DNA of 60,624 bases from an uncultured Bacilli bacterium. GTDB lineage: Bacteria > Bacillota_I > Bacilli_A > RF39 > UBA660. Below the pieces are notes generated by a model, which saw nothing but the letters and a program-made list of their open reading frames with translations, was not told the origin of the DNA and made no database searches. Shown here piece after piece: positions 51,545 through 60,624 of the stretch. The DNA is taken from positions 1 to 60,624 of the forward strand of contig CALVQR010000002.1 of NCBI GenBank assembly GCA_944358265.1, given 5' to 3'. Both the position numbers and the translations under genes were made by a program. The stretch's first letter is position 1, and the number at the start of each line of letters is the position of its first letter.

Positions 51545-51618
51545 AAAGCACACACAAGAATTAATTGTTAAGGCTGCTATATCTCTATCCTGACCTGGTT
51601 CCAATATTCCTGTTGTGC
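51545..51618 (-). ncRNA. ffs: Signal recognition particle RNA, minimal 4.5S-like form (~74 nt)
   Basis: The minus strand reads GCACAACAGGAATATTGGAACCAGGTCAGGATAGAGATATAGCAGCCTTAACAATTAATTCTTGTGTGTGC plus a T run. It has the conserved domain IV CCAGGUCAGG ... AGCAGCC around a GNRA (GAGA) tetraloop closed by AUA/UAU. The termini pair, and a promoter lies immediately upstream. Confidence 0.8.
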
Positions 51619-51624
51619 AATAAA

Positions 51625-51653
51625 AATATACTATATTTTATTTAAAAAGTCAA
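51625..51653 (-). promoter_or_regulatory. ffs promoter
   Basis: On the minus strand: TTGACT (51653..51648), a 17-nt spacer, TATATT (51630..51625). The G at 51618 lies 7 nt downstream. Confidence 0.6.
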
Positions 51654-51686
51654 TATTTTTTAATTTTTTGTTCGCTTTTTGTTCGC

Positions 51687-51712
51687 AAAAATATTTCCCG
51701 GGAAATATTTTT
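51687..51712. terminator. 26-bp perfect palindrome; gyrA terminator (bidirectional form)
   Basis: AAAAATATTTCCC|GGGAAATATTTTT lies directly after the gyrA stop (TAG 51726..51728 on the minus strand). Confidence 0.6.
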
Positions 51713-51725
51713 ATAAAAAAAGAAA

Positions 51726-54182
51726 CTATTGTTCGATAGTTTCTTCGCATTCATTTTTATCGTTTGAATCTATAGTAGTAGCTACTGTAGTTACCTTTTG
51801 ATTTTCTTTAAGATTTATTAAACGAACACCTTGTGTTACTCTACTCATTTTAGATACTTGGTTAACTGGAATTTTAATAATTATTCCATTATCGGTAATA
51901 ATCATTAAATCTTCATTTTCTTTTACATTTTTTACTACAACTAAATTACCATTTTTTTCTGTAATATTTAATGCTTTAACACCCTTACTTCCTCTATGTG
52001 TTAATCTATATTCTTCTATATTTGTACGTTTACCATAACCTTTTTCTGTCATAATCAATATATCATTATCTGGAGAAACTTTTTCGGCACTTACACAAAT
52101 TGAATTTTCTGGTAATTCTATTGCTTTAACTCCACTGGCAGTTCGTCCCATTACTCTAACTTCATTTTCATTAAATCTTACTAATCTCCCATTTGATGCT
52201 CCTATAACAATTTCATTTTCACCATTTGTTTTTGTTACAAATAATAATTCATCTTCATCTTTTAATGTTATTGCTATTTTTCCACTTTTTCTAATTAAAT
52301 CAAATTCTTCTATTAATGTTCTTTTTATTAAACCTAATTTTGTAACAAATGTAATATATTTTTTTTCGTCATCTTTTGGAATAGATAATATTGAATTTAC
52401 TTTTTCATCTTTTTCAATTGGTAATAAGTTTATTATAGGAAGTCCTTTTGCTTGTCTACTAAATTCGGGTATTTCATATCCTTTTATTTTATAAACTTTA
52501 CCCTTATTAGTAAAGAATAATACATAATCATGTGTTTTTACAGTAAGCATTTTTTCAACAAAATCTTCTTCATTAGTAGACATTCCTTTTACTCCAACTC
52601 CACCTTTATTTTGAACTTTATAAGTATCTGTTGAAAGTCTCTTTATATAACCTTTATTTGTTAATGTTATAATAATATCCTCTACAGGTATTAAAGATTC
52701 ATCTTCTATATAGTCAATTGCAGTCATATCAATAGATGTTCTTCTTTCATCACCATATTTATCTTTAATTTCTAATAATTCTGTTTTAATTATACCATAA
52801 ATTTTTTCATCAGATGCTAAAATTGATTTTAATTCTCTTATTTTTTCAAGTAAATCATTTAATTCATTTTCTATTTTATCTCTTTCTAATCCTGTTAACC
52901 TTCTAAGTTTCATTTCAAGGATTGCATCTGCTTGAGTTTCACTTAATCCAAATCTATTAATAAGTCCATTTTTTGCTTCTTCATCAGATTTAGATCCTCT
53001 TATCAACTTAATAACTTCATCTATATGATCTAATGCTATTTTTAAACCTTCTAATATATGAACTCTTTTTTCTGCTTTATCTAAATCAAATTTTGTTCTT
53101 CTAATAATAACTTCTTTTTGATATTCTACATATTTAGAAATAATATCTTTGATTCCTAAAGTTTTTGGAACTCCTTGATCAAGCATCAAAAATATTATTC
53201 CAAAATTTGTTTGAAATGCAGTATGTTTATATAAATTATTTAAAACTACTTGAGGATTTGCATCTTTTTTTAGAGTTATTGTAATTTTTATTCCATTTTT
53301 TAAATCTGTGTGATAATCTGAAATTCCTTCAATTGTTTTATTATGTACAAGTTCTGCTACTTTATTTTTTAAATCCGATGTGTTTACACCATATGGAACT
53401 TCATCGATTATTATATAATGTTTTCCGTTATTTTCTTCTATTCTGGCCCTACTTCTAATTGTAATTGTTCCACGACCTGTTTCATATGCTTTCCTTATTC
53501 CACTATTTCCAAGAATTATACCGCCTGTTGGAAAATCTGGTCCTTTAATATATTCCATTAATCCAAGAGTATCAATTTCTGGATTATCTATATAAGCTAC
53601 ACATCCATCTATTACTTCACTCAAATTATGTGGTGGAATATTTGTTGCCATACCTACGGCAATACCCATTGTTCCATTTACTAAAATGTTTGGAAATCTT
53701 GAAGGTAATATTTCTGGCTCTTTTTCTGATTCATCAAAATTTGGAACAAAATTAACTGTATCTTTATTAATATCTCTTAAAAGTTCTAAAGAAATTTTAG
53801 AAAGTCTTGATTCTGTATAACGCATTGCTGCGGCACCATAACCTTCTATATTTCCAAAGTTTCCATGTCCATCTACAAGCATATATCGATAACTAAAATC
53901 TTGTGCCATACGAACCATTGCTTCATATATACTTGAATCACCATGTGGATGATATTTACCCATAACATCACCAACTATACGTGCTGATTTTTTATGTGGT
54001 TTATCAGGAGTATATCCAGATTCATACATTGACCATAAAATTCTTCTATGAACCGGTTTTAACCCATCTCTTAAATCTGGAAGAGCTCGTGATATTATAA
54101 CACTCATTGAATACTCTATAAAAGATGATTCTATTTCACTAACTATATTATTTTCTTCTAATCTATCTCTACTATGATTCAT
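51726..54182 (-). CDS. gyrA: DNA gyrase subunit A
   Basis: ...[18 protein letters not shown]...AAMRYTE... 818 aa. Confidence 0.98.
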   Translation of the reverse strand: MNHSRDRLEENNIVSEIESSFIEYSMSVIISRALPDLRDGLKPVHRRILWSMYESGYTPDKPHKKSARIVGDVMGKYHPHGDSSIYEAMVRMAQDFSYRYMLVDGHGNFGNIEGYGAAAMRYTESRLSKISLELLRDINKDTVNFVPNFDESEKEPEILPSRFPNILVNGTMGIAVGMATNIPPHNLSEVIDGCVAYIDNPEIDTLGLMEYIKGPDFPTGGIILGNSGIRKAYETGRGTITIRSRARIEENNGKHYIIIDEVPYGVNTSDLKNKVAELVHNKTIEGISDYHTDLKNGIKITITLKKDANPQVVLNNLYKHTAFQTNFGIIFLMLDQGVPKTLGIKDIISKYVEYQKEVIIRRTKFDLDKAEKRVHILEGLKIALDHIDEVIKLIRGSKSDEEAKNGLINRFGLSETQADAILEMKLRRLTGLERDKIENELNDLLEKIRELKSILASDEKIYGIIKTELLEIKDKYGDERRTSIDMTAIDYIEDESLIPVEDIIITLTNKGYIKRLSTDTYKVQNKGGVGVKGMSTNEEDFVEKMLTVKTHDYVLFFTNKGKVYKIKGYEIPEFSRQAKGLPIINLLPIEKDEKVNSILSIPKDDEKKYITFVTKLGLIKRTLIEEFDLIRKSGKIAITLKDEDELLFVTKTNGENEIVIGASNGRLVRFNENEVRVMGRTASGVKAIELPENSICVSAEKVSPDNDILIMTEKGYGKRTNIEEYRLTHRGSKGVKALNITEKNGNLVVVKNVKENEDLMIITDNGIIIKIPVNQVSKMSRVTQGVRLINLKENQKVTTVATTIDSNDKNECEETIEQ

Positions 54183-54198
54183 CTTATTTTACTCCCTT

Positions 54199-57226
<3,028 letters not shown>

Positions 57227-57370
57227 TTTAACCCTATTTTTATGTCCATATTCTCACCTTTATACTAAAATAATGCTACTATACACACAATTAAATTATA
57301 CCACAAAATTGGCTTTTTTTTGCTTTTTTTTAATAAAAAAATGTAAAAATTTATTAATATTTTCACATTT

Positions 57371-57817
57371 TTAATATACTTTTCTTTTTTTTAAAATAGA
57401 TTCTAGCTTAGTAGCTCTCAAATATTGATTATCAAATGATCCATAAGATATATTTATTTGAATACTTTGACCATTTTCGAATAAAACAAAAGACTTCCCA
57501 TTTTTTTCTTCATAACTTAATATATGTCTTAAAGACAACCATATACACTCACTTAATCTTGGAGAAGTTGTTGGAAAATAAATCATATTTCTACTTTCTT
57601 CTATTATAATTGGTGATTTATGACTTATTCCTGTTAATACTTTTGTTCCTGTATGTCTTCCTAAATAAGAACTTCCAAAAAATTCACAACTTCTTTCTAT
57701 TATTTTCATTGTACTCATTTCTACATAAAAAATATTATTTTCTTCAATTACTCTTGTTTTATTTTCATTCATAGGTATTAATGCTACTGTTTTAGAATTT
57801 ATTTCATATTGATTCAT
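57371..57817 (-). CDS. comK: Competence transcription factor ComK family protein
   Basis: MNQYEINSKTVALIP...FYVEMSTMKIIERSCEFFGSSYLGRHTGTKVLTGISHKSPIII...YFPTTSPRLSECIWL...ISYGSFDNQ aligns block for block with B. subtilis ComK. GGAGGAGGGG lies upstream of ATG 57817. Confidence 0.88.
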   Translation of the reverse strand: MNQYEINSKTVALIPMNENKTRVIEENNIFYVEMSTMKIIERSCEFFGSSYLGRHTGTKVLTGISHKSPIIIEESRNMIYFPTTSPRLSECIWLSLRHILSYEEKNGKSFVLFENGQSIQINISYGSFDNQYLRATKLESILKKRKVY

Positions 57818-57940
57818 CAAAATCCCCTCCTCCATATAATTTAAAAATTATTAAAAAATAATTTTCTTATATTTATATACATATTTTTTAAAAATAATGT
57901 TGTTTTTTGACGAAAAAAAAGAAAAAATTTAATTTTCTTT

Positions 57941-59061
57941 TTAATAAGTCTTGATTGGTAATAATAATTGAATTAAATTTTCATCTTCGTCGGTTTTTAA
58001 TATTATTGGTTTAATATCCGAATTAAGTAAAATTCTAATATCTTTACTATTAATTGTTTTTAGTGCTTCCATCATAAATTTAGATGAAAAAGCTATTTTA
58101 ATTTCTTTATCATTATTTTTTGTAATTGCTAATTTTTCTTCTACTTTACCTATTTCAGGAGTATTAGAACTTACTATTACTTCGTTACCATTTGTTTCAA
58201 ATTTAATAACATTTTTTTCTTTTTCTGAAGTAAGTAAAGCTGCTCTATCTATAACACTATAAAATTCATCTAAATCTGCCTTAATTTCCAATTCAAAAGT
58301 ATTTGGTATTAATCTAGAAGTATCTGGAAATGTACCATTTAATAATCTTGATTGGAATAAAATATTATCAAATTTAAATAATATTTTATTAGAGAATATA
58401 TGTATTTCAACATTTTCATCATCATCATTTAATATTTTAACAAGTTCTCCCATATTTTTCCCGGGTATAACTATATTTATTAGATTATCCACATTGGTAT
58501 CTAAATTAATTATTTTTTTGCTAATCTATAGGAATCTGTTGCAATACATTCCATCTTATCATTTTCTATTTTTATATTTATACCAGTAAGAATTGGTCTT
58601 GATTCTTGCTGAGATGTTGCAAATAATGTTTGATTAATTATATTTTTTATAATTTTTTTATTTAATATAATTGGATTTGTAGATATATCCAAATTAATAT
58701 TTGGAAATTCAGATGAATCTATACCATTTAAATTAAAATTAGAATTTGCAGTATATATTAATATTTTTAAACCATCAATTATTTCAATATTAATAATACC
58801 ATCTGGTAATTTTCTAATTATTTCTAACAAATATTTTCCTTGTATTATTATTGTTCCTGTTGATTCTATATTATCTATATATTTTTTCTCAATAAATGAT
58901 TCTATATCTATATCATTATTAGTTGCTGTTAAAAATAAGCCTTCATTTGTTAAATTAAATTTAATACCTCCAAGAACAGGTATTACGTTTTTAGTTGATA
59001 CAGCTTTTGATACATTATTTAATCCTTCCAATAAAATTTCTTTCTTAATACTAAACTTCAT
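57941..59061 (-). CDS. dnaN: DNA polymerase III subunit beta (sliding clamp), split into two 183-aa ORFs by a one-base frame change at an A7 run
   Basis: The N-terminal half (MKFSIKKEILLEGLNNVSKAV...DSYRLAKK) ends at TAA 58512..58510. The C-terminal half continues in the -1 frame. The minus strand reads GCA AAA AAA TAA TTA ATT TAG ATA CCA ATG TGG. Adding one A (8 instead of 7; plus-strand T run 58513..58519) gives the continuous ...RLAKKIINLDTNVDNLINIVIPGKN... Confidence 0.9.
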
Positions 59062-59233
59062 ATTAACCCTCCTACTTTTGATTATATCATATTATTTTTA
59101 TAAATGTTATTTTTATTATTATTGTGGAAAAAGTTTAAAACTCAATATTTTATTGTTTAATAAGTTTTTTTTAGATTTTTATCTGTTTATAATTGTTAAT
59201 TATTTTGTAGAATAATTATATTTTTCCACAAAT
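59062..59233. promoter_or_regulatory. dnaA-dnaN intergenic oriC segment with DnaA-box-like sites
   Basis: A very AT-rich 172-bp spacer with TGTGGAAAA (59123..59131) and TTTTCCACA (59222..59230). Each matches the TTATCCACA consensus at 8 of 9 positions, and the two are in opposite orientations. The position is typical of Firmicute oriC. Confidence 0.55.
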
Positions 59234-60601
59234 TTATATTTTTGATTTAATTTCTTCTATTATTTTTTCTAATTGTTTATTATTTTTTATTTCCTTTTCT
59301 ATTTTATCACATGAATGGATTACAGTTGAATGGTCTCTTCCCCCAAATTCCATTCCAATTCTTGGAAAGGATTCATCCGTTAAAAGTCTAGATAAATATA
59401 TTGCAATTTGTCTAGGAAAAGCAATAGTTGCTACTCTTTTTTTTGTTTTTAAGTCCTCAACAGATACATTATAGTATTCTGCAACGACTCTTTGAATTTT
59501 TTGTATATCATTTTTAAAATTTGTAGATTGAGCAATTGTTCCTTTTAATGCTTCTATAGCAAGATCAAGTGTTATTTCTTCTTCAAAAAATATTGTAGAA
59601 TATGCGCAAACTCTTGTTAATGCACCCTCTAAACTCCTTACATCAGAAGCACAAGTGTTAGCTATATAATCAATCGCATCTTCTGTAATATGTCTTGAAA
59701 AATCCATATTTGCCATTTTTTTTCTTAGAATTTCTTTTCTAAGTTCATTATCAGGTGGAAAAATATTTACTTTTAATCCCCAATTAAATCTTGTTCTTAG
59801 TCTATCTTCTAAATGCTTTAAATCATCAGGAGATGAATCAGAAGATATAATTATTTGTTTTTTATCGTCATATAAAGTATTAAAAGTGTGGAAAAATTCA
59901 TTTTGGGTTTTAGGTGCATTTCCTAAAAATTGAATATCATCTATTATTAAAACATCAATATTTCTATATTTATCTTTAAATAATTCTACATAATCAAAAT
60001 TAGTGCCATCTTTATCTTTTTTATTTAATCCAAGAAAATCATTTATAAATTGGTCGCTTGTTACATATAAAACTCTTTTATTTGTATTTTTTACAATATA
60101 ATTTCCTATTGCTTGCATAAGATGAGTTTTTCCTAAACCACTATTACCATAGATGAATAATGGATTATACATTTTTCCAGGATTTTCAGCAACCGCAAGT
60201 GCAGTTGCTTGTGCAAACCTATTACTTTCCCCTACTATAAAATTTTCAAATGTATAATCAGGATTTAAATTAGCTTTTTCGATACTATTATAAGGAACAC
60301 CTATTTCTTCTGTTGTTTCTTCAATAATTTTTATTTTATCATTTCTTTTTTCATATTCATTTTCTAAACAAAATTCAATATTAAAATTAGTTCCAGTTAT
60401 ACTGTTAAAAATTTCACATATAATATCCATGTAAGATTCAGATAAATGTTTTTTATGAGCAATAGTTGGAACAACTATAATCGCAGCATTTTCGTTTAGT
60501 TCAACAAGTTTTGAAGAAGAAAACCAAGTATTATATGATAAAGAAGATAATCTTGTTTTTATAGTTTTTAAAAATTTTTCTCATATAATGTCAGTATTTA
60601 T
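59234..60601 (-). CDS. dnaA: Chromosomal replication initiator DnaA, with in-frame TGA at codon 7 and a non-canonical (ATA?) start
   Basis: The ORF track starts at M 60430, but the same frame is open to the window edge apart from the single in-frame TGA at 60583..60581. It encodes a typical DnaA domain I: (ATA)NTDII-TGA-EKFLKTIKTRLSSLSYNTWFSSSKLVELNENAAIIVVPTIAHKKHLSESY-MDIICEIF. AAA+ motifs include GNSGLGKTHL and IDDIQF. The C-terminal DNA-binding domain has IAFPRQIAIYL and HSTV. Confidence 0.9.
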
Positions 60602-60624
60602 GATATAACCTCCCCTGATTTTAG

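Noticed and set aside
57844-57865. Inverted repeat AAAATTATT-AAAA-AATAATTTT upstream of comK, as a ComK box (AAAA-N5-TTTT) for autoregulation.
   Set aside because: A/T-only palindromes of this kind are expected by chance in spacers this AT-rich. Only one AT-box can be drawn, whereas K-boxes need two phased boxes.
60581-60583. Selenocysteine at the dnaA TGA.
   Set aside because: The aligned residue in DnaA proteins is an invariant Trp, not Cys or Sec. I see no SECIS-like hairpin immediately downstream, and no sel genes are evident in the window.

Overview
This is a very AT-rich Bacillota (Firmicutes) chromosome segment that ends at the replication origin. From about 11.9 kb to the right edge, every supported gene (about 50) is on the minus strand, co-directional with a fork leaving the dnaA-dnaN oriC spacer. 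These genes form an unusually compact concatenation of Bacillus-type origin-proximal blocks. In order they are dnaA-dnaN-comK-recF-gyrB-gyrA, ffs-tadA-dnaX-ybaB-recR-bofA-holB-yaaT-yabB-rsmI-pth-mfd-spoVT, and dut-metG-tatD-rsmA-yabG-veg-pilin-spoVG-yabP-yabQ-divIC. They continue with mrnC-rlmB-sigH-secE-nusG-rplKAJL, a methyltransferase, a small orphan, rpoBC, tilS-ftsH and rpsLG-fusA-tuf. To the left lie femX (+), eno, a CaCA antiporter, secG, rnr, smpB and tmRNA (ssrA). Left of ssrA (1-5 kb) is the only accessory-looking DNA. It holds a truncated DUF1016 nuclease remnant, two plus-strand orphan genes (one with in-frame TGA and TAG stops), and a minus-strand HD / 2H-phosphoesterase / nucleotidase-nucleoside-hydrolase-fusion cluster. 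I found no rRNA, tRNA, CRISPR array, transposase or integrase, and no convincing novel multi-gene system. The most unusual observations are listed below.
- dnaA has an in-frame TGA at its conserved N-terminal Trp codon and no canonical start codon.
- dnaN is split by a -1 frame change at an A7 run next to a stop codon.
- An orphan gene beside ssrA has two in-frame stops.
- Three 35-bp tandem units, each with an 18-bp CACGTG-centred palindrome, lie between tadA and dnaX.
- A minimal (about 74 nt) SRP RNA occurs in a genome that carries sporulation genes.
- comK replaces yaaA between dnaN and recF.
The genetic code appears standard (code 11), because TGA terminates smpB, mrnC, spoVT and the methyltransferase. 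All calls rest on my reading of the sequence and translations. No database search was run.
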